DNA of 64,000 bases from Hydrurus foetidus (taxonomy: Eukaryota), in NCBI GenBank assembly GCA_900617105.1, contig UYFQ01000005.1, forward strand, positions 248,001-312,000, written 5' to 3'. Shown here one piece after another: positions 31,050 to 41,741 of the stretch. A program made the translations under genes and the position numbers. Position 1 is the first letter of the stretch, and every line of letters starts with the position of its first letter. Under the pieces are notes generated by a model. The model searched no databases, was not told where the DNA came from, and saw only the letters and a list, made by a program, of their open reading frames with translations.

Positions 31050-31733
31050 TTACGCCAGCAGCGCAGGCAAATCAGCCATGTCAGCAAAAAGCCGTTCAAC
31101 CCCCGCTTCACGCAAAGCCTGAGCGGCGCTTTGGCCAACGGAGGCCGGGCAATAGCCAAACACCGTACAGCCCGCAGACACCCCAGCGGCAATACCCGTC
31201 ACGGTGTCCTCGACCACGGCGCAGCGACGTGGGTCAACACCCAGTGCCGCCGCAGCAGCAAGGTACACATCAGGGAAGGGTTTGGAGCGCGGCATCTCGT
31301 GCCCGCTGAAAATACGGTCTTCAAAGTACGGCATCAATCCGACTTTGCGCAATTGCAGCTCGACCTTAAAACGGTCAGCCCCCGAGGCACAGGCGATGCG
31401 GCCTTCGTAGCGGGTATGGATGGCGTGCACGGCATCCACAATATTCGGGATGGCTTGCAAATGCGCAGTCAGCCCGGCATTGCGGCGCTCACGAAAGCTG
31501 TGCATCCACTCGGGTGTCACGGGCTGGCCAGTGCGGGCCGCTATCAGCGGGGATTCATCGATCACTGCTTTTCCCACAAAAATGGCCATGCATTCTTCGA
31601 TACTGAGCTTCCAGCCTCGTTCGGCCAGCATCTCACGCAGCACGCCGTTGGTGATGGGTTCTGAGTCAACCAACACACCATCACAATCAAACAATACCGC
31701 GTCGAACTTCGCTTCAAACTTCTCTTTTTTCAT
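31050..31733 (-). CDS. HAD-IA family hydrolase
   Basis: FDCDGVLVDSE, KPFPDVY, VVEDTVTGIAAG. Confidence 0.88.
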   Translation of the reverse strand: MKKEKFEAKFDAVLFDCDGVLVDSEPITNGVLREMLAERGWKLSIEECMAIFVGKAVIDESPLIAARTGQPVTPEWMHSFRERRNAGLTAHLQAIPNIVDAVHAIHTRYEGRIACASGADRFKVELQLRKVGLMPYFEDRIFSGHEMPRSKPFPDVYLAAAAALGVDPRRCAVVEDTVTGIAAGVSAGCTVFGYCPASVGQSAAQALREAGVERLFADMADLPALLA

Positions 31734-31763
31734 GGACTGCACCGGGTTTCCTCGTTGAAACCG

Positions 31764-34307
31764 CTATTGTCTCCCGGCTAAAAAGGCGCTGAAATCGGTG
31801 GCGGACATGGGTTTGGCAAACAAATAGCCCTGGCCGTAATCACAGCCTGCGGCGGTGAGCAAATTGCGCTGCATTTCGGTCTCTACGCCCTCGGCAATCA
31901 CCTGCATCCCCAGCGCGTGCGCCATCACGATGATGGCTTTGCAAAGGGCTAAGTTTTTAGACTCTGGCAACAAGTCACGTACAAACGATTGGTCGATTTT
32001 GAGGTAATCAATGTCATACTTTTGCAGGTACGACAGCGATGAATACCCGGTGCCAAAGTCGTCCAACGAAACACCCACACCCGAATCGCGCAAAGCCAGC
32101 AGCCGCGCATTCACGTTGGCGCTGGCGTCCAGCAGCAGGCCCTCGGTGATTTCCAGCACGATGCTTTGGCCTGGCAAACCCAAGGCATCCAGGTGGTCAA
32201 ACCACGATTGTTGGCTGCTCGGATCACGTTGAAACTGGACGGGCGACTTGTTCACGCTGATCTGAAACCGGGCATGGTGGTCGTACCGCCAGTGCACGAC
32301 CTGCGCAGAGGCTTGGAGAAAAACCCATTCCCCAATCTCATTGATTAATCCACTGGATTCGGCAATGGGAATGAACACCGCAGGGCTGACCAAACCCCGC
32401 GTAGGGTGCTGCCATCGAAGCAAGGCCTCAGCTTTGTGGACAGCGTTGGTCGCCAACTCGACGATAGGCTGGTAAGCCACCCAAAACTGACCCTCTGCCA
32501 AAGCGCAGCGCAGATCAGAGGCCAAGCGGGCGCGCATTTGGGCGGATTCTTGCAAGGCGGGCGTGAAGTAACTGAAGCGGTTACGCCCTTCGTCTTTGGC
32601 CACGTACAACGCTTGGTCAGCGTGCCTGAACAGGTTATCAATTTCAATGGCATCTCCGGGAAAAAGCGTCACACCAATGCTGGCTGACACAAAAGCCTGC
32701 TCTGCCCCCAAGCGAAACGGTGCAACCAATGCACTGATGATGCTTTGCACAATCTGCTCTACCGTAGCCACATCGCTCAAGCTGGGCAGCACCACGGTGA
32801 ACTCGTCGCCGCCCATGCGGGCCACGGTGTCGCCAACACGCAGGCAGGCCTGGATGCGTGCAGCAGCTTGAATCAACAGCACGTCCCCTTGGTGGTGGCC
32901 CAGCGTGTCATTCACTTCTTTGAAGTGGTCTAGATCAATGAACATCACGGCCAGTTGCTGGCCTGTACTCTGGGTACGCTTGAGGTCTTGCGCTAAGCGG
33001 TCGCGCAGCATTCGGCGGTTAGGCAAGCCCGTCAGCGCGTCAAAGTTGGCCTGGTGCCAGATCAAGGTCTCGGCACTTTTACGGTCAGTGATGTCCGTGT
33101 GGGTGCCGGTCATGCGCAGCGGCTTGCCCTGCTCGTCGCGGCTGATGACCATGCCTCGCGACAGCACCCACTTCCAGCTGCCGTCTTTGCAACGTATGCG
33201 GTGCTCGTTGGTGTAGTAAGGGGTAATGCCATCAAAGTGGGCTTGCCGGTCACGCTGCATTTGGGCCACATCATCAGGGTGGGTGCGATCATCCAGCTCA
33301 GTCGCAAAGTCTTGCAGCTCGCCCTCGGCGTAGCCGTACATCTCAACACAGCGCTTGGAATACACCTCAAGGCCGGTTTGCACATACCAATCCCACACGC
33401 CATCCCCCGTGCTCTCTAGGGCAAGTTTCCACAGTGCATCACGCTCACGCAAGGCCGCCTGGGCGTGCTTGCGGGCGGTGATGTCGATCATCACGCCATT
33501 GCGCACCGTGCCCATGTCGTCTTGGCTCACCATCGAAGACGACATTTGCACCCATTTTTGCGTGCCATCGGCCAGCACAATGCGGAACTCAGCTGACAAA
33601 GGCAAGCCATTGTGCGCGGAGGTGGACACCTCATGCTCCACAAAAACCCAGTCATCGGGGTGACGGTAGCGGTGCAGCAAAAACGCATCGGCCATCACCG
33701 CGTCTGGCTCCAAACCGTACAGCTCACGCACGCCAAGGCTGACAAAGCTGTACTGACGATGGCCGTCTGGTGCAATGTGCAAGCGGTAAATCATCCCCGG
33801 CACCTGCGTGGTGATCTGGCGAAACAGCTCTTCGCTGGCACGCAACGAGGCTTCAGCCTGAACGTAAGCGGTGAAATCGGTGAACGTGCGCACCATGCCG
33901 CCTGAGGGCAGCATTTGCGAGCGCACCTCCAGTACTTTGCCCTGTAAGGTGGTGCGCAGGTAGACATCAGGCACCTCCATTCGGCCAAAGGATGCGAAAT
34001 AGGCCTTGGCATGCGCCTGTACCAGTTCATTGTCAGGCCCGAAATCCCCACGCTGACGCTGCAGCACACCGATAGCCTCCATAGAGGGACAGGTCTGCAA
34101 ATAACTTTCAGGCAAATCCAACAGCTCGCACGCCCGGGCATTGAAGGCAATTACCCGCCCGTCTTCACTCACCATGAAAACGCCTTGGCTGATACTTCCT
34201 AACAGGGTCGACAACAGCGCAATTTGCTGTTGGCTGTGGGCATGCGCAGACAGCTCATCAACAGGTACGGCGGCATCGCCTGAATCAATACTATTGTGCG
34301 TTGTCAT
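31764..34307 (-). CDS. Cytoplasmic PAS-PAS-PAS-GGDEF-EAL protein
   Basis: Three PAS/PAC units; RMGGDEF; AEALLRW; DDFGTGYSSL. Confidence 0.88.
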   Translation of the reverse strand: MTTHNSIDSGDAAVPVDELSAHAHSQQQIALLSTLLGSISQGVFMVSEDGRVIAFNARACELLDLPESYLQTCPSMEAIGVLQRQRGDFGPDNELVQAHAKAYFASFGRMEVPDVYLRTTLQGKVLEVRSQMLPSGGMVRTFTDFTAYVQAEASLRASEELFRQITTQVPGMIYRLHIAPDGHRQYSFVSLGVRELYGLEPDAVMADAFLLHRYRHPDDWVFVEHEVSTSAHNGLPLSAEFRIVLADGTQKWVQMSSSMVSQDDMGTVRNGVMIDITARKHAQAALRERDALWKLALESTGDGVWDWYVQTGLEVYSKRCVEMYGYAEGELQDFATELDDRTHPDDVAQMQRDRQAHFDGITPYYTNEHRIRCKDGSWKWVLSRGMVISRDEQGKPLRMTGTHTDITDRKSAETLIWHQANFDALTGLPNRRMLRDRLAQDLKRTQSTGQQLAVMFIDLDHFKEVNDTLGHHQGDVLLIQAAARIQACLRVGDTVARMGGDEFTVVLPSLSDVATVEQIVQSIISALVAPFRLGAEQAFVSASIGVTLFPGDAIEIDNLFRHADQALYVAKDEGRNRFSYFTPALQESAQMRARLASDLRCALAEGQFWVAYQPIVELATNAVHKAEALLRWQHPTRGLVSPAVFIPIAESSGLINEIGEWVFLQASAQVVHWRYDHHARFQISVNKSPVQFQRDPSSQQSWFDHLDALGLPGQSIVLEITEGLLLDASANVNARLLALRDSGVGVSLDDFGTGYSSLSYLQKYDIDYLKIDQSFVRDLLPESKNLALCKAIIVMAHALGMQVIAEGVETEMQRNLLTAAGCDYGQGYLFAKPMSATDFSAFLAGRQ

Positions 34308-34424
34308 TCGTTTTAAGCGTATCCCTTGTTCGCTGTGGTTCGTTAGTGGGAGTCGACCAGCATGCTAGGGGATTTGCGGAATAAATGCTGCAGCGAAGAA
34401 GAAAACCCCCCTGCTAGGCAGGAC

Positions 34425-35555
34425 TCAGGCCAGCGCCCTCTGGATCAAAATCTTCTGCACATCCGAGGTACCTTCGTAAATCTGGCAGACGCGCACATCG
34501 CGGTAAATGCGCTCGACGGGGAAATCGCTCACCACACCGTAGCCGCCCAGGGTTTGGATGGCGGCGCTGCACACCTGTTCAGCCATCTCGCTGGCGAACA
34601 GTTTGGCCATGGCGGCTTCTTTCAGGCATGGCCTTCCGGCATCTCGAAGGGCTGCGGCGCGCCAAATCAGTGCGCGAGCTGCTTCTATTTTAGTAGCGCA
34701 CTCGGCCAAACGGAAGCCTACCGCTTGGTGGTTGAAGATGGCGGTGCCAAAGCTTTGGCGCTCTTTGGCATAGGCCAGTGCCACATCAAACGCGCTGCGG
34801 GCCATGCCGACGCTTTGGGCGGCGATGCCGATGCGGCCCCCCTCCAGCGCTCCCAGAGCGATTTTGTAGCCCTCGCCTTCCAAGCCGATGAGATTGGCTG
34901 CGGGGATGCGACAGTTGTCAAAGTTGATTTGGGCGGTATCGCTGCTGTGCTGGCCGATTTTGTCTTCCAACCGGGCCACGGTGTAGCCGGGTGCGTCGGT
35001 GGGCACCAGGAAAGCGCTCATGCCTTTTTTGCCCGCGCCTTTGTCGGTGACGGCGATGACGATGGCAACCTGCCCGTTTTTACCGCTGGTGATGAACTGC
35101 TTCACGCCGTTGATGAGGTAACCGTCAGCGTCCAGCGTGGCCGTGGTGCGCAGCGCCGAAGCGTCCGATCCGACATGCGGCTCGGTCAGGCAAAACACCC
35201 CCAGCATCTGGCCTTGCGCCAAGGGGGTCAGCCATTTTTTCTGCTGCGCCGCGTTACCGTAGCGCATCAAAATGGCGTTGACCGGGCAGTTGGTGACGCT
35301 GATCGCCGTGCTGGTGCCACCGTCTCCCGCCGCGATTTCTTCCAGTACCACCGCCAAGGTGACGTAATCCAGACCCGCACCGCCCAAGTCTTCAGGCACG
35401 CAAATACCGTAAGCCCCGAGCGCCGCCAAGCCCCGGTGGGCCTCGGCGGGGAAGTGGTGTTCTTTGTCCCAACGGGCAGCGTGCGGCCAAAGTTGCTCTT
35501 GGGCAAAAGCACGCACAGCATCGCGGATCATTTCTTGGTCTTGGGTTAACAGCAT
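34425..35555 (-). CDS. Acyl-CoA dehydrogenase (short/branched chain)
   Basis: FCLTEPHVGSDA, NGVKQFITSG, GRIGIAAQSVG, QIYEGTSDVQ. Confidence 0.92.
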   Translation of the reverse strand: MLLTQDQEMIRDAVRAFAQEQLWPHAARWDKEHHFPAEAHRGLAALGAYGICVPEDLGGAGLDYVTLAVVLEEIAAGDGGTSTAISVTNCPVNAILMRYGNAAQQKKWLTPLAQGQMLGVFCLTEPHVGSDASALRTTATLDADGYLINGVKQFITSGKNGQVAIVIAVTDKGAGKKGMSAFLVPTDAPGYTVARLEDKIGQHSSDTAQINFDNCRIPAANLIGLEGEGYKIALGALEGGRIGIAAQSVGMARSAFDVALAYAKERQSFGTAIFNHQAVGFRLAECATKIEAARALIWRAAALRDAGRPCLKEAAMAKLFASEMAEQVCSAAIQTLGGYGVVSDFPVERIYRDVRVCQIYEGTSDVQKILIQRALA

Positions 35556-35564
35556 GGGGGCCTT

Positions 35565-35617
35565 AATCAGGGTTTACCGCTTATTCAATGGACGTATGTA
35601 GCTATCAAAATTACAGT
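35565..35617 (-). repeat. Degenerate copy of dispersed element overlapping the thiolase stop codon
   Basis: Minus strand ACTGTAATTTTGATAGC-TACATA-CGT-CCATTGAATA-AGCGGT-AAA-CCC. Confidence 0.55.
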
Positions 35618-36816
35618 AGCTCAATGGCCACTGCGGTCGCTTCCCCACCACCAATGCACAGCGTGGCCACGCCGCGCTTCAAGCCACGGGCCTTCAGCGC
35701 GTGGATCAGCGTGACCATGATGCGTGCGCCGCTGGCCCCAATGGGGTGGCCTAGGGCGCAGGCACCGCCGTTGACGTTGACTTTCTCGTGCGGCACGTTC
35801 AAATCGGCCATCAAGGCCATCGGCACCACGGCGAAGGCTTCGTTGATTTCCCACAAATCCACGTCAGCCACCGCCCAGCCGGCTTTGGTCAGCAACTTTT
35901 GCACGGCTCCCACAGGGGCCGTGGCAAACCAGTTGGGGGCTTGGGCGTGGGTGGCATGGGCGACGATGCGGGCCAGCGGCTGGCAGCCCAGGGTGTTCGC
36001 GGTGGAAGCCCGCATCAGCACCATGGCGGCAGCGCCGTCGTTGATGCTGGAGCTGCTGGCGGCGGTGATGGTGCCGTCTTTTTTGAACGCAGCTTTGAGA
36101 CCAGGGATTTTGTCCAGCTTGATTTTGCCGGGGCCTTCGTCGATGGAAACCAGCACCTCACCGGCACGGGTCTTTACCGTTACAGGGGTGATTTCAGCAG
36201 CAAACGCTCCTGATTTTGTAGCTGATTGCGCCCGCTGGACGCTGGCTATGGCGAAATTGTCTTGGGCTTCGCGGCTGAAGCTGTACTTGGCGGCGCAGTC
36301 TTCGCCAAAGGTGCCCATGGAGCGGCCCGCCTCGTAGGCGTCTTCCAGACCGTCGAGCATCATGTGGTCAAAAATGCGGTCGTGGCCGATGCGGATGCCG
36401 CTGCGGCCTTTGGGCAACAGGTGCGGCGCGTTGGTCATGCTCTCCATGCCCCCGGCTATCAGCACATCGTGGCTGCCCGCGATCAGCATGTCGTGCGCGA
36501 ACATGGCGGCACGCATCCCCGAGCCGCACATTTTGGACAGCGTGACCGCGCCTGCGCTTTCGGGCAAGCCGCCTTTGAACGCCGCTTGCCGCGCCGGTGC
36601 CTGCCCTTGCCCCGCCATCAAACAGTTGCCGAACAGCACCTCGGTGACGAGTTCCGGGGTGAATTTCGAGTTGAGCGCTGAGCGCGCCACGGCAGCTTTG
36701 ATGGCGGCACCGCCCAAATCGTGTGCAGCAAGGCTGGCAAAGTCGCCCTGGAACGCGCCCATAGGGGTGCGGGCAGCGCTGGTGATGACGATGGATTCGC
36801 GGGTGTATTCACTCAT
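35611..36816 (-). CDS. Acetyl-CoA C-acyltransferase (thiolase)
   Basis: KMCGSG, NEAF, GHPIGASG, LCIGGG. Confidence 0.93.
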   Translation of the reverse strand: MSEYTRESIVITSAARTPMGAFQGDFASLAAHDLGGAAIKAAVARSALNSKFTPELVTEVLFGNCLMAGQGQAPARQAAFKGGLPESAGAVTLSKMCGSGMRAAMFAHDMLIAGSHDVLIAGGMESMTNAPHLLPKGRSGIRIGHDRIFDHMMLDGLEDAYEAGRSMGTFGEDCAAKYSFSREAQDNFAIASVQRAQSATKSGAFAAEITPVTVKTRAGEVLVSIDEGPGKIKLDKIPGLKAAFKKDGTITAASSSSINDGAAAMVLMRASTANTLGCQPLARIVAHATHAQAPNWFATAPVGAVQKLLTKAGWAVADVDLWEINEAFAVVPMALMADLNVPHEKVNVNGGACALGHPIGASGARIMVTLIHALKARGLKRGVATLCIGGGEATAVAIELL

Positions 36817-36852
36817 TTCAAGTCCTTGATGGCGGGTAGGGGGCGGGAGGGG

Positions 36853-38679
36853 TCAGCGGGTTATCAATGGCGCGGCAAACCGTTTGCTTAGCTCATACGG
36901 AAACACGTCATGCACATGGCCTGCGGCGATGCGGGTTTTGTGCTCTTGCCAAAATTGCGCATCGAGCAAATCGGCGTGGTGGCGCATGAACACCTCACGC
37001 ACCGCGTTATTGCCCAGCAAGAAGGGGCCAAAGGTTTCAGGGAACACGTCTTTGGGGCCAACTTTGTACCAAATCTCGCCCGACATTTCTTCTTCCTCGT
37101 TGCGCGGCAGCGGCACGCGGCGGAAGTTGCAGTCGGTGATGTATTCGATCTCGTCGTAGTCGTAAAACACCACTTTGCCGTTGCGCGTGACACCAAAGTT
37201 CTTCCACAGCATGTCCCCCGGAAAGATGTTGGCCGCCACCAGGTCTTTGATGGCGTTGCCGTACTCGATCACGCTGTGCTCCAGCTGCTGTTTGGCGCGT
37301 GGGTCATCGCCTGCATCGAAGGCTTCTTGCAGGTAGATATTGAGCGGGATCATGCGGCGCTCGATGTAGACGTGCTTCAGGATCAGCTCCATCTGGCCAT
37401 CGCCGTCGCGGTCGGATATTTCGAGCTGGCTGGGGGCAAATTTTTGAATTTCAGCGATCAACTCGGCATCAAACCGGGCCAGCGGAAAGGCCACTTCGCT
37501 GTACTCTAGCGTGTCGGCCATGCGGCCTACGCGGTCATGGGTTTTAACCAGCTGGTATTTGCTTTTGATGATCTCGCGGGTGGTCTCTTTTTGCAGCGGG
37601 TAGTAGTCTTTGATGACCTTAAACACATAGGGGAACGAGGGCAGATCGAACACCAGCATCACCATGCCTTTGATGCCAGGGGCGATGCGGAAGTTATCCG
37701 TGGAATGGCGCAGGTGAAACAGAAAATCGCGGTAAAACAGCGTCTTGCCCTGCTTGGCCAGCCCCAGCGCGTTGTAAATTTCGTTGCGCGGTTTGCGTGG
37801 CATCAGGCTGCGTAAAAACTGCACGTAAGCGCTGGGCACTTCCATGTCCACCATGAAGTAGGCACGGGCAAAGCTGAACAGCATTTGCAGGTCATCTTCA
37901 CCAAACAGCGCCGCATCAATCAGCAATTTCCCGGCTGCGTCATGCAGGATGGGCAGCGCAAACGGCGTTTCGTTAAAGCCGTTGATGATTTTGCCCACCA
38001 CATACGCACCCTTGTTGCGGTAGAACAGGCTGGAAAGCACCTGCACCTGGAAGTTGGCCCGCAGCTTGATCTTGCTCAAACGCTGGGACATCACCGCATG
38101 CACGTTGTCCACATCGTGGGCGAAGTTGGCAAATTCACGCTGCAAATCAAAGTTTGCCAGCATCTGGGCCAGCGTTTCACGCAGGGTGTCTTGATGGGCA
38201 TCACGCTTGGGGTAATAGGCACGAAAGGTGGGCTTCGCATCCTTCAGCTTTTGCGGGTCGTCGTTTTCGATGTACTCGGTGCTGATGGCTGGGCGCACAA
38301 AGATGAAATCGTTATGGAAGTAACTGCGGTGCAAAATTTTGGTCGTCACCGAGTTGAAAAACGTCTCGGCCAACTCGGGTTGGTGGTGGTCAACCAGCAG
38401 ACCGATGTAGTGCAGCTTGATCTGCTGCCACACCTCCATAGATTGCTCGCCGCCTTTGAATTCTTTTTCCAGTCGGGCCGAGCACTCCTTGACACGCAGG
38501 TCGTAAAACTCAATCCGCTCGCGCTGCGCCCGCTGCTGGCCGTGCCAGTCAGCCGTCTCAAAACGGTGCTTGGCGCGGGCCGACTCGGTACGAAACAGAC
38601 GGTAATGGCGGTTGAAGCCGTCCATCATGGCCTTGGCCACGTCGTAGGCGAGCGGAGAATCTAGCTTTTGCGGGAACAT
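36853..38679 (-). CDS. aceK: Isocitrate dehydrogenase kinase/phosphatase
   Basis: [46 protein letters not shown]. Confidence 0.95.
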   Translation of the reverse strand: MFPQKLDSPLAYDVAKAMMDGFNRHYRLFRTESARAKHRFETADWHGQQRAQRERIEFYDLRVKECSARLEKEFKGGEQSMEVWQQIKLHYIGLLVDHHQPELAETFFNSVTTKILHRSYFHNDFIFVRPAISTEYIENDDPQKLKDAKPTFRAYYPKRDAHQDTLRETLAQMLANFDLQREFANFAHDVDNVHAVMSQRLSKIKLRANFQVQVLSSLFYRNKGAYVVGKIINGFNETPFALPILHDAAGKLLIDAALFGEDDLQMLFSFARAYFMVDMEVPSAYVQFLRSLMPRKPRNEIYNALGLAKQGKTLFYRDFLFHLRHSTDNFRIAPGIKGMVMLVFDLPSFPYVFKVIKDYYPLQKETTREIIKSKYQLVKTHDRVGRMADTLEYSEVAFPLARFDAELIAEIQKFAPSQLEISDRDGDGQMELILKHVYIERRMIPLNIYLQEAFDAGDDPRAKQQLEHSVIEYGNAIKDLVAANIFPGDMLWKNFGVTRNGKVVFYDYDEIEYITDCNFRRVPLPRNEEEEMSGEIWYKVGPKDVFPETFGPFLLGNNAVREVFMRHHADLLDAQFWQEHKTRIAAGHVHDVFPYELSKRFAAPLITR

Positions 38680-38714
38680 GGCAGCACAGCCTTTAGTCGC
38701 TACAAGTGAGCGGT

Positions 38715-39377
38715 TTAAACCAGTTTTGGCGCGACATGGGGGTAGCGTTTGATGGCAGTGCGGAACACGTCCAGCACCGTTTCGGGCGCATCCATGCTGA
38801 CCTTCAAGTCTTTCACCAAGCCGTCTTTCAGTCCATAAACCCAGCCATGCACAGTGACTTTTTGGCCCTTGCCCCAAGCGTCTTGCACCACGGTGGATTG
38901 GGCGACGTTGCCTACCTGCTCAATCACATTCAGCTCGCACAAAATATCATCTTGCTGATTGAGCGGCCAGTGGTCAATGCGCTTGCGGTGGCGCTGCTTC
39001 ACGTCCACGATGTGGCGCAGCCAGTTGTCAGCCAAGCCGACGCGCAAACCACGTGAAGCCGCCTTCACCCCGGCGCAGCCGTAGTGGCCGACCACCATGA
39101 TGTGTTCGACTTTGAGGTGCTCCACGGCGAACTGAATGGTAGAGAGCGCATTCAAATCTGAATGCACCACCAGATTGGCGACGTTGCGGTGAACAAACAC
39201 CTCGCCAGGGTCAAGCCCGGTGATTTCATTGGCAGGCACGCGGCTGTCTGCGCAGCCAATCCACATGTATTTGGGGTTTTGCTGGTGCGCCAAGCGGGTG
39301 AAGAAACCAGGGCGCTCGCGCTCAGTGCGGGCGGCCCAGGTGCGGTTACTGTCTAAGAGATGGTCTAGGGTGGTCAT
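38715..39377 (-). CDS. can: Beta-class carbonic anhydrase
   Basis: [26 protein letters not shown]. Confidence 0.92.
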   Translation of the reverse strand: MTTLDHLLDSNRTWAARTERERPGFFTRLAHQQNPKYMWIGCADSRVPANEITGLDPGEVFVHRNVANLVVHSDLNALSTIQFAVEHLKVEHIMVVGHYGCAGVKAASRGLRVGLADNWLRHIVDVKQRHRKRIDHWPLNQQDDILCELNVIEQVGNVAQSTVVQDAWGKGQKVTVHGWVYGLKDGLVKDLKVSMDAPETVLDVFRTAIKRYPHVAPKLV

Positions 39378-39437
39378 GCCAGCATTATCCTTAGGCTAAT
39401 CAGAGGAAAGGACTCAGGCAAAACAAGCGACAAGGCC

Positions 39438-40619
39438 TTAGCAGGTCTGTGCAAACAACTCCCGCCCAATCAACATCCGCCGAATCTCACTCGTGCCCGC
39501 GCCAATCTCATACAGCTTCGCGTCGCGCCACAAGCGGCCCAGTGGGTAGTCGTTGATGTAGCCGTTGCCACCGAAAATCTGAATCCCCTCGCCAGCCATC
39601 CAGGTGGCTTTTTCGGCGCACCAGAGGATGACGCTGGCGCAGTCTTTGCGGACTTGGCGCACATGCTCTGTGCCCAGCGCATCGAGGTTTTTACCCACCA
39701 TGTAGGTGTAACAGCGTGCCGCTTGCAGCACGGTGTACATGTCGGCGACTTTGCCTTGAATCAGCTGGAATTCGCCGATGCTTTGGCCGAACTGCTTGCG
39801 GTCGTGGATGTAGGGCACGATGTTGTCCATCACCGCCTGCATGATGCCAATCGGCCCGCCGGTCAGTACCGCACGCTCGTAGTCCAGGCCGCTCATCAAG
39901 ACCTTGGCGCCGCTGTTGAGGCCACCGAGTACGTTCTCACACGGCACTTCCACGTTGTGGAACACCAGTTCGCCGGTGTGGCTGCCACGCATCCCGAGTT
40001 TGTCGAGTTTTTGTGCAATGCTGAAACCGGCCATGCCTTTTTCGATCAAGAACGCCGTCACGCCGCGTGCGCCCAGTTCGGGTTCGGTTTTGGCGTAGAC
40101 CACCAGGGTGTCGGCATCGGGGCCGTTGGTGATCCACATTTTGTTGCCGTTGAGCAGATAGTGGTCGCCCTTGTCTTCGGCTTTGAGCTTCATGCTGAGC
40201 ACATCGCTGCCCGCCCCTGGCTCGCTCATCGCCAACGCACCGACATGCTCACCGGTGATGAGTTTGGGCAGGTATTTTTGGCGTTGCGCGTCGGTGCCGT
40301 TGCGCCGAATTTGGTTGACGCACAGGTTGCTGTGTGCGCCGTAAGACAGGCCCACGCTGGCACTGGCGCGGCTGATTTCTTCCATGGCAATCATGTGCGC
40401 CAAGTACCCCATGTTGGCCCCGCCGTACTCCTCGCCCACGGTGATGCCCAGCACGCCCAAACTGCCCATCTTGCGCCACAAATCCATCGGGAACTGGTCG
40501 CTGCGGTCGATCTCGGCAGCGCGGGGGGCGATCTCAGTTTGAGCAAATTCGCGCACCGCGTCACGCAGGGCGTTGATGTCTTCACCGAGTTGAAAATCGA
40601 GTCCGGGCAGGTTCGTCAT
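39438..40619 (-). CDS. ivd: Isovaleryl-CoA dehydrogenase
   Basis: [50 protein letters not shown]. Confidence 0.93.
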   Translation of the reverse strand: MTNLPGLDFQLGEDINALRDAVREFAQTEIAPRAAEIDRSDQFPMDLWRKMGSLGVLGITVGEEYGGANMGYLAHMIAMEEISRASASVGLSYGAHSNLCVNQIRRNGTDAQRQKYLPKLITGEHVGALAMSEPGAGSDVLSMKLKAEDKGDHYLLNGNKMWITNGPDADTLVVYAKTEPELGARGVTAFLIEKGMAGFSIAQKLDKLGMRGSHTGELVFHNVEVPCENVLGGLNSGAKVLMSGLDYERAVLTGGPIGIMQAVMDNIVPYIHDRKQFGQSIGEFQLIQGKVADMYTVLQAARCYTYMVGKNLDALGTEHVRQVRKDCASVILWCAEKATWMAGEGIQIFGGNGYINDYPLGRLWRDAKLYEIGAGTSEIRRMLIGRELFAQTC

Positions 40620-40686
40620 GGGGATGTCTCCAGAGGGTAGTTTTGAAAAGATACAGAAAAATAGCGGTGAAAAAGCACCGTGCAAA

Positions 40687-41142
40687 TCAATGCGCTATGC
40701 CTTCGCGCCCCACCACGGCCATCAGCGTGCAGCCCATCGTGGCGATCAATTTTTCGGAGGCTCCGTCGATGGCAAAGGCTTGCCCCTCCACCACAGTGAT
40801 GGTGCGCCCCGGCTTGATGACTTGGCCGACCATTCGAAAGCGCTGACCTTTGGCGGGTGCGAGCAAGTTGATTTTGAATTCAATCGTCAACACCGCTGCA
40901 TCGTCAGGCATCAAGGTAAAACCGGCATAACCGCACGCTGAATCTAGAGCAGTAGCTATCATTCCTGCATGCAAAAAACCATGCTGCTGAGTCAATCCTT
41001 GCGCCCAATCAAACTCGATAGCTACACAACCCGCTTGAACCTGAGTCAACACAGCCCCCAAAGTTTTCATGGCCCCTTGGCGTTCAAAACTGGTGCGCAC
41101 GCGCGACTCAAAATGCGGGTCACGAATTTGAAATTCAGTCAT
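40687..41142 (-). CDS. PaaI-family (hotdog) thioesterase
   Basis: QQHGFLHAG...[20 protein letters not shown]. Confidence 0.85.
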   Translation of the reverse strand: MTEFQIRDPHFESRVRTSFERQGAMKTLGAVLTQVQAGCVAIEFDWAQGLTQQHGFLHAGMIATALDSACGYAGFTLMPDDAAVLTIEFKINLLAPAKGQRFRMVGQVIKPGRTITVVEGQAFAIDGASEKLIATMGCTLMAVVGREGIAH

Positions 41143-41191
41143 GGCGCGGCTTTCACAGGCAAATTGAACAAGGATTTGACAGTTTTTTAAG

Positions 41192-41213
41192 TTGACGTTT
41201 ACGTAAACGTCAA
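41192..41213. promoter_or_regulatory. LiuR operator upstream of the PaaI-ivd operon
   Basis: Perfect palindrome TTGACGTTTACGTAAACGTCAA, identical to the site at 30995-31016. Confidence 0.85.
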
Positions 41214-41222
41214 TCATCCGAA

Positions 41223-41642
41223 TTATGCCTGTATAAGTTCGGATCTGGTCAAACTTTCTGAACGTTTGAGCAATGCCTTGGCCTCTTTTTCATGCGTCTT
41301 CACCTCGTCCAAGTTGGCTTTCAACTCCGCGAGTTGCTCCTCCAATTGCATACGGTGGGCGGCCAACACGGTCAGGTACTTTTGCATCTGCGCCACGGTG
41401 TCACGCGGGCTGTCGTACATGTCGATGATGTCTTTCGCCTCGGTCAACGAAAAACCCAGACGTTTGGCGCGCAAAGTAAGGCGCAGCCGGGTACGGTCGC
41501 CAGCGCTGTAGACGCGGTTGCGGCCTGCCGCGCCGGAGCGCTCGGGGCGCAGCAAGCCCATGTCTTCGTAGAAACGAATAGCGCGGGTGGTCAAATCGAA
41601 TTCTTTGGCCAGTTCGCTGATGCTGTAGGTGCTTGTCGCCAT
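41223..41642 (-). CDS. liuR: MerR-family regulator of branched-chain amino acid catabolism
   Basis: YSISELAKEFDLTTRAIRFYEDMGLL, RAKRLGFSL; flanked by cognate palindromes and liu genes. Confidence 0.85.
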   Translation of the reverse strand: MATSTYSISELAKEFDLTTRAIRFYEDMGLLRPERSGAAGRNRVYSAGDRTRLRLTLRAKRLGFSLTEAKDIIDMYDSPRDTVAQMQKYLTVLAAHRMQLEEQLAELKANLDEVKTHEKEAKALLKRSESLTRSELIQA

Positions 41643-41689
41643 GGTGTCTGTGCTGGGGTGAGCGGTACTTAGAATGGTTTGCGTGGACA

Positions 41690-41711
41690 TTTACGTTAAC
41701 GTAAACGTCAA
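41690..41711. promoter_or_regulatory. LiuR operator between the divergent liuR and MBL hydrolase genes
   Basis: TTTACGTTAACGTAAACGTCAA, with a 16-bp palindromic core TTTACGTTAACGTAAA. Confidence 0.75.
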
Positions 41712-41741
41712 TTATGAACGCTCTTGAATGAACACCCCACC

